Shown: positions 40,376 to 55,668, numbered from the stretch's first letter. The stretch: 64,000 nt of DNA from Tubiluchus corallicola (GCA_030141605.1 JAQGDQ010000159.1:248001-312000), one strand, 5' to 3'. Numbers and translations are program-made. Notes: generated by a model from the sequence alone, not told the origin.

Positions 40376-43260
40376 GCTACATTTGCACGAGGCGAGGATG
40401 TTGTTGAGTCTTTAAACGCTAAGGCACCCACACAAGATTGATACACGAAGTTCACCTTCACTAAGTTCTTGTTGTATGATAGGCATTGATTCGACTGCTC
40501 TTGTTATTGATATTGTAGACTATTTGTCAACTAAATCTGCTTGGCAATAGTGCAGCTGCAATCTAAAAACTAATTAATGAAAATTTGACACATGTAGGCA
40601 CGGTTAGCAGGAATTTAAAATAATTAATTAATTACGAATTATAAGTACTGAGCAAAAGAACTATAATATTGCCTGAGTTGTTTAGTTGTCAAGCTTCAAC
40701 CTCTAACGAACCGACGCCTGAAGAAGTCAATCAAGTTAGATGACACGTCATTTACTTGTTAGAATTATCTTCTTTAAATTGTTGTTGTTTGATAGGTGGT
40801 TAATGTGAAACGTACAGCTCTTGTTACATTGACATTACATAGAGATACAGATAATGAAGATCCTGCAAGGGAGCATACAGAGGGGTGTATCACTATGTAA
40901 GGACAGATTAAGATACAAAAACTGCATAAAGGAAAGTTCGTCTTCTACAGCAATAGCAAACATTAGTAGGTGTAGTACAACTAAGACGTTAGGTACAATT
41001 CAGTAACAGCAAATTTGACCAAAGGAAGGTGTCAATAATTCACATGTGAGAAATTTACTAGTTGCACACATACATCAGTTTATAGTGCCATGTTACACAC
41101 ACACATGCAGATATAGCGTAAAAATAATGATGACGCTATAAAAAGGTAGGTCAATATAAGAAGCGATAGTTATATGAAGTCAAATTAGGATTTAAAAGCT
41201 GTAGATTAAGTTTATCCGCATCACATGCAAACATAATTATGCGCTTTGGGCATTAGAATCACGGGCTGCATATATAATTTTATGATCCTAACATTAAAAT
41301 AGATTTTATTTAGCTTTGTTACATTTATTTAACTAAATGTACTTAGCAATAGTGAATTTCATAAACTAAAATTCAATTATTTTTAATTCGTGACTATTAT
41401 CGAATTTTCGTTAATTAGTTTTTAGATTAATTATAAACTATAGTCAGCGCTTTACTGACCTGATCATTCACGATATGAGATTTGTGAAATTGTCGCTTAA
41501 TCTGCAGCAAAAGTGACAGATTGATTAAAAGTGAACCTCATAGCCATTCTTGCTGGAATATACGTTTCAGCGCATCACTAACAGAACGTATAACGACTGT
41601 ACCATTACTGTAACTAATTCGGCATTTCAGTTTTGTCGCCAGCATGGAAAACACAGTTGAAAAATGTAAAAATTACGTAAAACGTAAGTTGTAGTTTTAC
41701 AACTTACGCTGTTCAGTTTTATACCATTGACCTACGTTCTGGCTCCACTGATTCCTTTCTGCCTAAACTTCATGTTCATTTTATCTACTGTCACGTTACC
41801 TTCTCTTGGTGTTAGTCATTCACAGTCACTTTCGTGCTTTTAGTCATAAACAACATAAACAAAAAAGATTCTAAATAGGTGAAACCTAGTCCATTTTGTT
41901 TTACGCAACGAAGCCATCCTGCTTTTCATTGATATTCAGTCAATTCCGAGTTCGTTGCTCTTACATGATCTCAATTGGGAATATTTATGGTCGATGTGTG
42001 TGTTTGGGGATGTTTTTTGCTCTGCATGGATGCTTCGCTAATAATTTCTATAGGGTAATTATCAATGAATCGGACTATTTATAATTTATCACAGTCAGGA
42101 TATTCAATATTTATATACAGACCGATTGTCTAAATTAGAAAACTTTAGATATCGGTGAGTTTTTTATTTTGGGGGTATGTTCAAGTAAACATTTTTGATG
42201 CAGAAAAATCGCTTATTTTCATATTTTTCATATTTTCAGCCTCTCGTAACAGTATTATGAAATTTAACGTCATTAACAAAAATGTTTGGCAGAATGTTGC
42301 TAATGATGGCAAGAAGGAGCACGTTAACTCGTCGGAAAAGTATTTTAATTTTGTCACAGTTTTCGTTTGTTTCCAGGTTGCCCTAAAAGAAACACAGCGT
42401 GAACGTTTCTGTTCTCCATTAAGTCTTGACAGTTATAAAATGAGTGTAAATGAAAACGGTCTCAACATAGTGAATCGACTTCTACTGACTACTTACTTAG
42501 CTGCGCGTTATGCTATAAGCGCGTGGGTTGCTTGCTCTGATTTCGTAATGCTCAGTCTTCCAATGCCAACTTCATGGGTATCGGACGTTGAGTAGATCTT
42601 TTGTACTTTTTGTTTTGCAAGCGGAATTGGCGTCAAACTTATAACCGGGAAATATTTAACAGGCACAAAGGTACATAAGAGAACAGAACTAATTTTGGAA
42701 AGTGCAGTCTTTAATTGTTGTGTGAAGTAAAGATAGCAATTGCAATAGCAGACTAGCAGCAGCAGCACCGGTAGCAACAGCACTAGTAGCAACAACTGCA
42801 GCAGCAGCAGATCAACTAGATTTAATTCAATTTCATTTTCACATTTATATGTCGGAAAATTGTTATTTTGTATTCGTATTCGCGTGCACTATTAGCATTT
42901 GTAAATGGCTGTTTATGCATGCTGGTTTGCCGTTCAATATGCTTGCAGAGGGGCAACACTGAGGCAGTTATGTGCGCAACTTCATCTGATTTGAGCCACA
43001 TGGCACAGTTGTTTGAGAAACTAACCCTTACTCTGCTACGCATTAATATTTGTAAGTATGTACATATACATCCTTGTCTCTCGGAACCGTCTTCAAGCTG
43101 ATACCATGACTGGTGCAACGAGACGTTCTGCTTTTCATTAAATAAAGTTATCGTACATCTGGGCAGTTCATCAAATGTCAGTCAAATAATAAACACAAGA
43201 ACACAAGACGAAATCAGTAAACTTGCTTTGGCTCGCTCATGTAATGATATATACGTAGCG

Positions 43261-44206
43261 GCACACGGTAAAAATGCCATAGGTAAATATGGCGCGGTAA
43301 AAATGGCACAGAAAAAAGGGCACACATGGAAAAGTAAAAAATGGCATACATAAAGCACGACTTTGGTGATAGAATTATCGTGGGAGGATAATTAATTAAT
43401 TATTTTACTTGTTTATGGAAGTGGGAAGAGGTGAAAAAAGATGCACTTTTTGACACAATTTTCTGAACAGGGGGAGGGGTAAAAATTGCACAAGTGGGAG
43501 TTTTTTCTACCGTTTTTTTATCACAAAACTTGACAGAACACCACGTACAAAAAGCATTCGTGAAGCACTTCCTGGAGGTCGCAGTGAGAATGTTATAACT
43601 TTTTGGAAAGAGGAGAACTTGGCTACAAGATATGGTAATTCTTTTTTATTATCTTCACCAGGACAAAGAACCACGGGTTAGTTCCAGGTTCCATTTCGAG
43701 GAATTGTTGCTTGGAAAACTGTGTAGCGATGTCTGTAACCTTTGTTTATATATATTTATAGCCCTATGAGCTGACTTAGCATGTAAACATGTATACATGT
43801 CAGTCTGTTACCATCGCCAAATGGTTAAAGAGATGTAGACAAACACTACGTGGAATGTTCGCGCATTGTTGATTATAGTTCTTTTTAATGAACAAAATAG
43901 GTTGTGAGTATTTTGCTGGTCTATATAATGCTTATTCAGGTATATTTTTGTGTCTTTGCTTGTATGTTTTTGTTTTATATCTTTTTTTCCTATCAAAAGA
44001 ATCAGGCGAACACGTTTAAGGATTTTTCGGCCTTTGCCGAGAGATGCTTCTTAGTACATTTTAGTTTTATTACAGAAATTATTTGCATCAAAATAGCATA
44101 TATTCAATTTTTTCCTACTTTTCCGTTAGTGCCATTTTCCTGTGCCATTTTTACCGTGCCATTTTTCCCAGTGCCATTTTTACATATGTCATTTTTATCT
44201 GCATTC
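43261..44206. mobile_element. Foldback/MULE-like MITE with terminal inverted arms built from GGTAAAAATGGCAC sub-repeats
   Basis: Left arm 43261-43350 (cggtaaaaatgccataggtaaatatggcgcggtaaaaatggcacag..ggaaaagt) is mirrored at 44108-44206 (acttttcc..gtgccattttcctgtgccatttttaccgtgccatttttcccagtgccattttt). Confidence 0.8.
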
Positions 44207-46439
44207 AGCTGTAACTATTGTTTTTACAGTGTGAAAATTGTTAAGTAACAAAGCCAATTCTGGTCTTATTCAGTTTATTTTATTTAGGAAGTGTTTATTG
44301 AATTGTTCAGTGCATCTATGACAGTGCGGCCTATAATAGTGAACATAATTGTTCGCCTATTGCATACACATCTCTCGTAGAATCCTTCTCGTTTCATTTA
44401 TCACTGATTTTATGCATCTGCACCTTTGTACGTATTTTGCTGCATCTGTATTTTTTTGATGGTATTTTATAATATTATTTTTATATTAGCCATACAGAAG
44501 TAGAAAATTCTAAATTAATTAAGGACAGAAAACGCGCGATATTAAAGTGACATATTCCTTTATTAAAGTGACATATACACTTGTATTGTATTTTAGTGTT
44601 TTAATCATAGTGATCGAGATTCTACATGATTCCGTGCATGCATGCATTGTTCTCTGTGCATGCATGCACTGTATCGCTAATCCATCAGTGACTAGGCTTC
44701 CTTTAGCCTTAGCACAATTCATCAGCAACTACTAGACTATGTCTAGATTTGCTGTGTGCACTTGTGCGAAATGATTTGTGGAATTATGCTAATCAAAAAC
44801 CGGTATTTATCTAAGACGATATTGATCACTGCTAATCCTTGTGCTTATGGGCCCAAGATGCTGATGACTTTACCAAACACTACCATTACGTTGACCACGA
44901 TTTCTCAAACTTGCATGACTGCTACAGAATGCCCATGTGAAAAGGATGCTTACGAAATACCGTGATTTCCGTTTGTTAACTCTTGCAGTTTTTGTCTTGT
45001 CTTTTACGAGAAAATGTTGCATTTACAGACCGTTATCAGGTGAAACTAAATTGTGCTAACGGTGAAGGTTTCGTTCGAGCCAGAAGAACCTCACATCATC
45101 CGACATGCGACATGAAGTAGTGAAGTGCTTCCACCAATAATCAACAATGCGCAAAAATCCTGTAGTATAGACTACTGACTCTGTCAGGAAAAAATAAGTG
45201 CATTAAATACTAACGGTTTATTAGATGTCACAAGGAGGATAGCTGCTCAACTCTGTTATTTAACTATTTAGCTAGGCAATAGAAATTAACCTCTTTTTAT
45301 CTTTTGCTAATGTTTTTTCACCTTCAAATGAATGACGAAGTCCTATTAGAGATAGTGACACTTGCCTTAAAATTTAGGAATCGTTGATACTTATAATTTA
45401 ATATTTGTATAATTTGATATTATATGCCTATGTGGTCACTGATAATCTGTAAAAATTTGGATGTATGATTTTATGCTAGCATGTTTTACTAGAGTGTAGA
45501 ATGTAATGTTTACTGATAATTTTTTAGACGTTATCGGTTTTGAGGAAAATCAATAATCAGTATCGGATCTGATCAGTGTTTTTCGTGATTAGAACAAGAC
45601 TGCCTTGAAGTCTCAAATTCAACTCCTCATTTCCTACGACATTTTAATGCAACTCTGCTTCACTTGGAAGCGTGAAAATACTTTCTCGCTGTCTCCTGCC
45701 ATAAGTAGTGTCGCTAGGCTCTGGCTTCTTTCAAGAGACATATGCTGTTCTCTTTCACCAGTTGTGAAGCACGTTCTCTACGAATGAATAAACTCGAATA
45801 AATTATATTTATTAATTTTAATTTCTGCATTTAATTAGCAACATATTATTTTTATCAGTCTCAACATATCAGTCTCAGCTCAACTCGTGGCTTCCAACTA
45901 TACTACTTTCTATTGCGATTGCGTGTAAAATGTAGTTGAGCAAGAATACCACCAAGTTACTGTATTCTACACTTAATTTTTGTTATAAAAATCAACATTC
46001 TTGACATTTACTCTGAACAGTTAACGTTTGTTCAGCGAGTCTCTGTTTTGGCTAGAAATATAATAATGTAATTCGAATGAATTTGCGATTTTCCCTACAT
46101 GGCCCTTCGGAGGCTCCACATCTTCATGTGATCATTTATTTTTAATTACTATTTTTATTTCATTTACTTTTTTAATCTTATTTTATTCATTTTATTTTGT
46201 GCAGCACCTCTGACAATAAATCTTTATTGTAGCGAGTGCTTATATTCAATAAACCGTATAAGTGTATAAACTGTATGCTCGTGATAACAAACTTCGTTAA
46301 GAGAGTTTTCACTTTGTGCATGAATGCTGATATCAAAGGACAAGATTGGTCTGGGCAAACTGCACGTGGTTGCAATTGTTTTGATGGTCAAAGACCAAGA
46401 TTGCAGTTGTTCTGGCGTTTGCCTGTTTTAAACTGAGAA

Positions 46440-46850
46440 ATAGTTCACGTAAATGACACAAAATTTCATCAACCTGTTCATTCTATTTATTTATGAACTT
46501 GCGGTGAAAAGTGAGGCGCATTTTACAGTGAGGATGCGCAACAAAATTCCTCGTTCAGTTCCTCGTGAGCTGAATATTATAATTGTACTTTGTATATGAG
46601 AAATACGGCAAATAATAACTTAATTTTGACATGGTTATACAGTATATAAAACTCCAAAGAAGCTGCAGCTAACAGGACGCGCGGAAAAATCGCGCGGTTT
46701 TACAGTGAAATGAACTTTTTTGCTGCATGGGATTTCGAGAAAAATCGGAAATTTTCCGAAAATTTTCTGACTTCTGACAGCAATTCCGTGCGTCATTTTT
46801 CCTTGTGTCCTCACTGTGAAATGGGCCTGAGAAATGAATGTAAAACGCTT
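46440..46850. mobile_element. Decayed dispersed repeat, copy 2 (opposite orientation to 1850-2499)
   Basis: 46620-46791 matches the reverse complement of 1850-2030; the flanks share the CCTCG/GTGAG/GTGAAAT motif style. Boundaries are approximate. Confidence 0.6.
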
Positions 46851-47259
46851 CCCTCTCGGGGATGTTTGTGGGTCTTGTCTTCAAACTGTTCCAGTTTATA
46901 TGCTTAAATTTTCAATTGTATTAGTGGTGAGCGATTAGTTAACTCTAGGTCTTTGACCCTTTATTGTCAGTCTCCATTTACCCATATAGGGTATGGATAT
47001 GGGTTTTATTGACACAAACTATACCAGCTTCGATCATTTAAAACAGCACGTGCTGATATTTCAGCGTTTCATTAAATTCACTTAATAATTATATTAGCCT
47101 GCAATAATTTAATGGCGCCCTTAATATTGCATGGTGAATACAGTTGAAGTACATCGATGATGGAGAGATGAAGCCTTTACTGACATTCCAGTCAACCTAA
47201 TAGGAATGCAGGCATTATAGTGATATATTATATACTTACATACATGCCACTTATATACA

Positions 47260-48141
<882 letters not shown>

Positions 48142-48341
48142 TGTATTTGCAATCATGCAGTTATCCTCCAAGCGTGCTATTTCACATTTCCCTCACAAAC
48201 TTATGAAGAAATGTATAAGGGACTCTATAGCCAATAAACTAAATTGTCCTGCCTCGTCCTGTTCTTGTTCTTTTCATCTTGACTTGTCCTGTTTTGCCTG
48301 GGCCTGTCCTGTCTTGTAAGGCACCTGCCTTGTTCTATATT

Positions 48342-48398
48342 CTGTCCTGTCCTGTCCTGTCCTGTCCTGTCCTGTCCTGTCCTGTCCTGTCCTGTCCT
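48342..48398. repeat. (CCTGT)n microsatellite
   Basis: Seen directly. Confidence 0.95.
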
Positions 48399-48952
48399 TA
48401 CTTGTCCTACCCTGTTAGGTAAATTTGAAAGACAAAGCCAAAAACAAAACGTTCTTTAATTTCACTTTTTACGATTATTGTCGAATTTCGTTTTCCGCAT
48501 TACTTACTTCCACAAATAGTTTTGAATTGCACAGACGTGATGTAATTTGAACTATTTTGTCTCAGTTATCTAACATCATTGTAACATTAATCACGTAGCT
48601 TTAGATATTATGTGTCTGCCATTTCAGACAATTCGTTGTGTTTGAACGATGAACTACGTTCTAAAAGAAGACACGAATTTCTATTTGACTGCTTGTACAT
48701 TGCAAGAGCAGAAATTTACATTTTTGAAAGAAAACGAATTTACTATTAGTGCACACGCACATAGTTGTTATATATTAATTAACCATTTGTTATCGTAATT
48801 TCACTGAAGATTATTGATCAATGATGTAACGAACCCACAATTATTAATTTCTTGAAACCAAATTTCACCTAAAGGCAGAAAATGACCATTAAGCTACACA
48901 GTGCCTTTACGCTTAAGCTTATCTTGTAAGTCTGTTTACTTTTGCTTCTCTG

Positions 48953-49112
48953 TCTACTTACCTATCTACCTACTTATATACCTGCCTACCTACCTACCTA
49001 CTTGCCTACCTACCTACTTACCTACCTACCTACCTACCTACCTACCTACCTACCTACCTACCTGCCTTCTTCACTCCCTACCTACCTACCTACCTACCTA
49101 CCTCACTTACTT
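48953..49112. repeat. (CTAC)n microsatellite, imperfect
   Basis: Seen directly; it produces the LPTY ORFs. Confidence 0.95.
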
Positions 49113-49773
49113 ATAATTTTACTTATTGGCTTTCTGCCACAATTATATATTAGACTCTGTTAGAGAGCTCGTTTGAACGGTGTGCTTCAAGTTTTTTTTC
49201 TAGATAAGTATAAATGATCCTAAATATTTCAGAAAAATTAGACTAAGTCTTCAAGATCAAATGCTTTTCTGTTAATGTAACTCTTACTACCGATGCGTAA
49301 TTTAGGGAGTCAAACAAGATTGAAATTTTAAACTGTAGCTGCTTTAGCTAACAGTCTAAACGTCGTTTGTCACTGTAGCAAATTACTTGTCAGCAGGGCC
49401 GTTAGCCTTCTCGATGAAGCGCTTGGGACTCGCGAATTTGTGAAAATTAAAAAGTCTGATTTTGTAAACGATGGAATGATAAATGTGTAACACATTAAAA
49501 TGCTCAGTGTTATTGCTATGCAAATTAGAAGTTTTCTAAAGAACAAATGCGCGCAAAAGGCCGTTTAACATTTGACTAAACAGCGTAGTTCTTTGATTAA
49601 GTAACTTGCACTTCGCGTTAAATTTAGTTGTTGAGCTATAACGTTTTTTTACAACATGAACAGCTTAATTATAGTTCATATAGCCTTTTTGATGTTTAAG
49701 GCAGATCTGTATTGGCGTGACAGTTTGTTTGGCCCTTCTCAGAATGATGGGTAGGTAAAGAATCGTGTCGAGT

Positions 49774-50163
49774 GGTTCATTTTTGCAGACGAAACTCATT
49801 ATTCTGAATCAACCTGTTTTTTATAATAAACGTTTCTTTGCAGATGATAGTTTGTTGTCTTTTTCAGCTACATATTGTTATAACTAGTCTATGTTACGTG
49901 CTGTCAATATGCGTAAATTTCGCTTTTCCTCTGTTGTCATCAGAGTATAGCATTGATGCCGTTTACTAGGTTCATTTTTGCAGACGAAACTCATTATTCT
50001 GAATCAACCTGTTTTTTATAATAAACGTTTCTTTGCAGATGATAGTTTGTTGTCTTTTTTAGCTACATATTGTTATAACTAGTCTATGTTACGTGCTGTC
50101 AATATGCGTAAATTTCGCTTTTCCTCTGTTGTCATCAGAGTATAGCATTGATGCCGTTTACTA
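49774..50163. repeat. Near-perfect 195-bp tandem duplication
   Basis: GGTTCATTTTTGCAGACG...GATGCCGTTTACTA at 49774-49968 and 49969-50163; only one C/T difference noticed. Confidence 0.96.
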
Positions 50164-50904
50164 CTAAAATTTCGTTAGTGCGCATACAGTACTGTTCATA
50201 TTGAACATATTTGTTCATGTTTTGCAAATTGCTGGTCAGTGTTACTGTTCTTGTTCCCTCTCTCACAGTTTTAGCTGTATTACGTTGTTTAGTTTGTTAC
50301 TCAGTTCTTTTATTTCTGCAACACTAGTGCACATCTGTTGATTCTGTTAGCAACTTTGACATTTGTGAAACAACAACGCTACACACTGCAAAAGCGCCAG
50401 CTTTGCTGTTTGTTTAATTCAAATTATCATTCAGATTTAAATTCTATTTTTGTTTCGCAAAGTCCAAACAGTTCGGTGTTCTATCTATATCGCAGTCCAT
50501 CCAGTCAGTGCCAGGCTGAATCGTGTATCTTCTGGTAAACAGGGACTACGTTCAAGCAATTTTGTGAGCAAAGGTGAATATAGGGTGCCAAAATGAGAAT
50601 AAATTTCGCTGGTTCGTTTTTCGCAAAAACTGACCGAACACCACGTACAAAAAAATTCATTGAAGGTCTCAAAGGGAGTGTTTGTTGGAATACTACGAAA
50701 AATCTAAGTTCATTGCTTTTACATTAAAGCTAAAACATCAAAAGTCACATTCTCTTTTATAACATGTATTTACTTTTAATTGATTCAATCCAACAAAAGT
50801 ATTTTTGCAAACAGAGACCGATCTTGCATGGCCACCGAGTCCAGCGCTTCGACTACCAATTCGATGTCGAGTGCGCATCGACTACTAAGTTCGTACCCAG
50901 TTTG

Positions 50905-51196
50905 CAGGGCCGAATTTTGATTTTATAGGTCCCTGGGCTACAGATACTGTGAGGCCCTGCCCCCCCCCCGTGACAATTAAAAACAAAAATATGAATGAAT
51001 GGATTCTTCAAATTAGTTTATTCAATAATTCAACTTCTGCACCACAATACCAACACTAGGCCCACAAAAAGGGTGCAAGACCAAAAAAAAAAAAGAGAAG
51101 AGATATGCTGATATTTACAAAATTAAAATAAGTTTTTGAAATATTAAATATAATACGTACAAATTACAGTAAATAAGTTACTACTATTTTAACGTA

Positions 51197-51242
<46 letters not shown>

Positions 51243-51247
51243 ATTAA

Positions 51248-51322
<75 letters not shown>

Positions 51323-51333
51323 CATTATTATTA

Positions 51334-51369
<36 letters not shown>

Positions 51370-51524
51370 ACAGTATGTCAAATGATTGAGTCCTTTTCAA
51401 AGAGATAATTCAGTATGCCTCTACTCTCATTCTGTAGTAACTTTTTTATAGTAAATTAATTTCACTTAATCTCTGGAGCCCCCGGGGCTGCAGCCCATAA
51501 AGCCCATCCCTTAATCCGGCACTG
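50905..51524. mobile_element. hAT-type non-autonomous element (620 bp) with an internal (ATT)n tract
   Basis: Termini CAGGGCCGAATT.. and ..AATCCGGCACTG; 8-bp flanking duplication CCAGTTTG (50897-50904) / CCAGTTTA (51525-51532); GC-rich subterminal motifs. An 8-bp target-site duplication with CAG termini is typical of hAT elements. Confidence 0.85.
51197..51369. repeat. (ATT)n/(ATC) microsatellite inside the hAT element
   Basis: Seen directly. Confidence 0.95.
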
Positions 51525-54500
51525 CCAGTTTAAATAATGGATTAGACCATATATAGCGGGATACATATTCCCTGATTAGACCAACCCTGGACTAGTTATC
51601 GCTGTGTAAATCGGGTAAAAGTTAAAAGGCATGAATGAGTTAAGTTTGCTTGCTTGACTTGTATCGGAAGTTAGCGTCGGAAGAAGCAAAAGTAATGATT
51701 ATCAGTCAGAAAGTACATCAATCACATTCATCGATTCGAATACGTCTTTAACGCTTTAAACATGCTTTGTTTTTGTTTGGCTTACTATATGAAATCAACC
51801 TTTTTGTTGGATTTTGTGGTACATGTGGCACACATTAATATGCAAGCTGGAAAACTTGTCGTTTAGAACGCAGGCTTCTTTTTCTTGTATTTTAAACTTT
51901 TTTTTATTTACACGTTATTTTCTACACTTCAAGCATTGAATGGCTGTAGAAAAAATCCTCTTCTTAATTCCTGAATTTGTGTTATTGTAATTTTAAAACG
52001 CGTTCTTCCTTATTCAAAAAATAACGTGATTCTCTAAATAAGAGATATTATACTTTTGAGGTGAGGTACACACAGCTTCCAATATATTTTCATAGTACGT
52101 CATGTTGTTGGTATCCATGCTTCATCTATTCGTGGCAACTGTGGTATCTTAATTTAATTTTTGCTTTTGACTCTAGTTCCTTTAGGTTTTTATTGTCTGC
52201 TGCCACATTTGATTGTGACGGCATTGACTTGCGACGTCTAGCGGTCATTGTACTCAGCAAATCCTGTGACTTTCATGAAGCTTTCATTATTTTCAGCGAG
52301 CATAATGCCACGTATTTATGCAAGTTATTGATGGCGTTTACTGACCAAATAACATTACATAATACTGCTGGATCTTTGCGTGGAAACTTGTCAAACATGC
52401 AGCACCACGGCATGTTTACAATCATTCCACTGTCGAAATTGGCCCCACAATGGTAACCACAATAATAGATAAAATAATAACGATATCGTGGATGCAAGAA
52501 GAACGTTATTTCAGTCTTAAAGTGACGCTATGTGATTGCCTGACAGTGTTTTTACAGATATTTTTGAATCCGCCCTAATTCTGACAGCAATGCATACAAA
52601 TCCAAGATTGGTTGTCACGATTGAGGCAATTCTTTATGTGATTATAGCGTATGGTATTGCAAACGAATTGCTAGAGGATGATCTAAAACAGGGCGCTTGC
52701 ACTTAATTCATAAAAAGTCTTTAATTTGGTTGCTAAATATGTCACATAAACTTAAAAGATATGTGCATAATTTCATGATTTAAAAAGTTACTGACAGTTC
52801 ATAAATGATCTGCAAATTGTTTTTAAGAAGACTCTGGTTGTGGAGGGGGGCATTCAATTAAGTCGACACAAATTTTGTTTTCGCTCGATTTAACGACTGA
52901 CTAAAGAAATCTGTGAAGTCAGCACAAAGCTAGCAAAATCTATGAAGCCATGGCAGTTGCCTTGTCTCGTTGGCCCAACAAAGTGTTATGTTAGTAAAAA
53001 AGAAAAAAAAAATGAACGAAAAGAAGCGTGTGTGCTGAGTAAGAGTATATATTTCATGTAGTCTAATTCCAGTCCTTTAACACACCAGAACATGTGAAAC
53101 AGCGAAGCAAGAAAGAGACAATATAGAATTATTTGGAAAACTGAATAAGCAGTTTCCGAATCCGGGTTCAAACTCTGACCTGGAAAGCCAGCTGTTAACT
53201 AATTCCGTCTTCAAAGATTTTTTTCATTGGTTTCCCTGTTATAATTGATGGATAGTAGCGCCGAAACGAACAGAAATAGCAAGTAAGTGAAGCTTGAACA
53301 CTAAGAACAGTTGCCACAGATTATTGTTTTTAATTAAAATTTTAATCGTTAGTTAAAATTAATAAAATTTTAACAGAGCATGTTTTCCCCTGACAATCAT
53401 GAAATTGCGTATGAAGAATGTCAAAAGTAGTGTAAGCCTCCCGATGATAGTCTAGCTTTCCAAAGCTGCTTCGATATGGCATTTTTTGTCAGTTTGAATT
53501 ATCTTCTGTATGTGACATTGATGGCGTATAGCAGCCTTAAAAGAGCGCCTTTAAATGCACTAGCTAGCAAGACGGATATGCAACCTCTGTTCTCTATTGT
53601 TCTAATTCTTCAATTGTTTTGTTGAGCTATATGTAATTGTTCTTTATTTTATTTAGCATTGTAGTACTTAACAATAAATTTTGTACAGATGCTTGTTTTT
53701 GTCCTTGCCTATAGCAAAGACGAACTAGTGTATAAGTGAAACGCCCATTAAGCTTATTACTTAAAATAATTCGTGACGAAAATTTGAAAGCGTCTAAATT
53801 GACTTTGACTAGCAAATTAGCTTGCAGAAAAGCTTTCAGCTTATCAACATTTATGTACCAACCTCAATTAAATTAAGCATCAGTATATGAAATGACTTCA
53901 ATTAAAATGATAAATTTGTGTGAAAGTGACGTGTATTATAGTGATATTGATCTTATAGACCAAAGGAACATCCTGAAAAGGTGCTTCTATAAGTTCTGAG
54001 GATGTCATTTTCTAAAAGTGGGCAAAACATAGCCAGTCTTATCAAGTTGACTATGCTGAATCTGAAAAAAACTGTTGCCAGCTAGAAAAATTAACAGAAA
54101 AGGGTAAAAAACGCAGTCTTCACTTTTATGTACGGTAATAATGGCGATGATAATGGAGCTGCTGAAGAGGATGATGGTGTTGTTGGTGCTGCTGATGGGG
54201 ATGATGATGTTGTTGCTGACGATAGTGAGAGGTGTTAATAATGATACAAAATGGTCCACCAAAATGGTAAAAAACTACTCATTTTGATTATGTTGCCATA
54301 TGTTGCCTGTTAGACCAGATAAGATGATGATTTTGGTATCTAAGTATAAATTTTCTAGGTCAAGGAATCCATATCCTGAGGCTTAAAAATAGCTATGACA
54401 CGACCTCGTTTCAAAATGGCTACAGCTGCTTGTGTAATACAATAGTAACATTGCATGTTCTAAAGTACATAGGACAATATTATTAGTACCTAGGTATGGG

Positions 54501-54775
54501 ACTTAAAGGTGTCAATGATTTAGGATTTATTATCCAATATAGCCATCATTTCAGTTTAAAGATATCCGGTAACGTTTACGGCTATCGCTAGTCGCTCATA
54601 TTAGTTGTTAGATTAGATGATAATTTTTTTGATATGTAAATGATGTATTTCAAGGTCAAGGATTCCACATCAGAGGCCTAAATACGTCTACGACATCACC
54701 TATTTAGGATTTTAAGGTGGTTGCCAAATGCTGTACTGGAGACAGGATATAGGTTTAAAAGACCAGTATTTAGGA

Positions 54776-54883
<108 letters not shown>

Positions 54884-55633
54884 TATTGAACTGTAACAAT
54901 ATCACTTATGTACATCACACATTCAATGTAGGATCTGATAAAGAAACCAGCAATAAGAAAGAGATAGTGCAAGTCAGAATTTGCAGATCTTGGTAGATAG
55001 ATAACATGGTAAACATTACCTTCAATGCAGTCTGTCACATTCATTTCATTTGCGCAGATTTCACTCAACTACCAATGCTTCTGTTACCGCCTCAAACACT
55101 TGCCAAGCAGGCCAAGTCATCTTTTTTTCTCTGTGTGCAAATGCTGAAGTCTGGATGCAACCAGTATTGGCATGGAATGCTGAAGAGCTGGTGTTTTTCG
55201 GGTCCATGGCATTCATATTTTCATATGGCCTAAGTTGTGACTTTTATAAGATAGCAACAGTCACTTTTTCGGCCATTTTGTAAATGGCAGCTATATTGGA
55301 CATATACACCCTATCCTATATATAGATTATATAGATCCTTTATATTACCATCCTATTTGCCTTAAAACATGCAATATGGCTAATATGTTACACAAACAAC
55401 AACTTGGCAGCCATCTTGACAGCCGTCTTGACTTCTTGACCGTGAAAACATATATTCAGATCGTCACCTTATCTGCTCTAACAGCTAAGATATAGCTTTT
55501 GAGAACTGGGAACAGCTATCTTATCAGCCATCTTGAAAATTGGTGGCCGATTTTCAATTGGTCTCATAGCTAAAATTAAATTTGATTGGTTCTAGCATTA
55601 TGCAAAGATTGATATTGATAACTATTAGGCAAA

Positions 55634-55634
<1 letters not shown>

Positions 55635-55667
<33 letters not shown>
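55635..55667. repeat. (GT)n microsatellite
   Basis: Seen directly. Confidence 0.95.

Positions 55668-55668
<1 letters not shown>

Noticed and set aside
42155-42595. 146-aa ORF as a gene
   Set aside because: GTG start, no recognisable domain, and intron-like composition.
43628-43682. TATGGTAAT (YGN) as the missing exon 2 of gene B
   Set aside because: Wrong phase at the AG, no polypyrimidine tract, a stop within about 17 codons, no M2 helix, and it lies inside a MITE.
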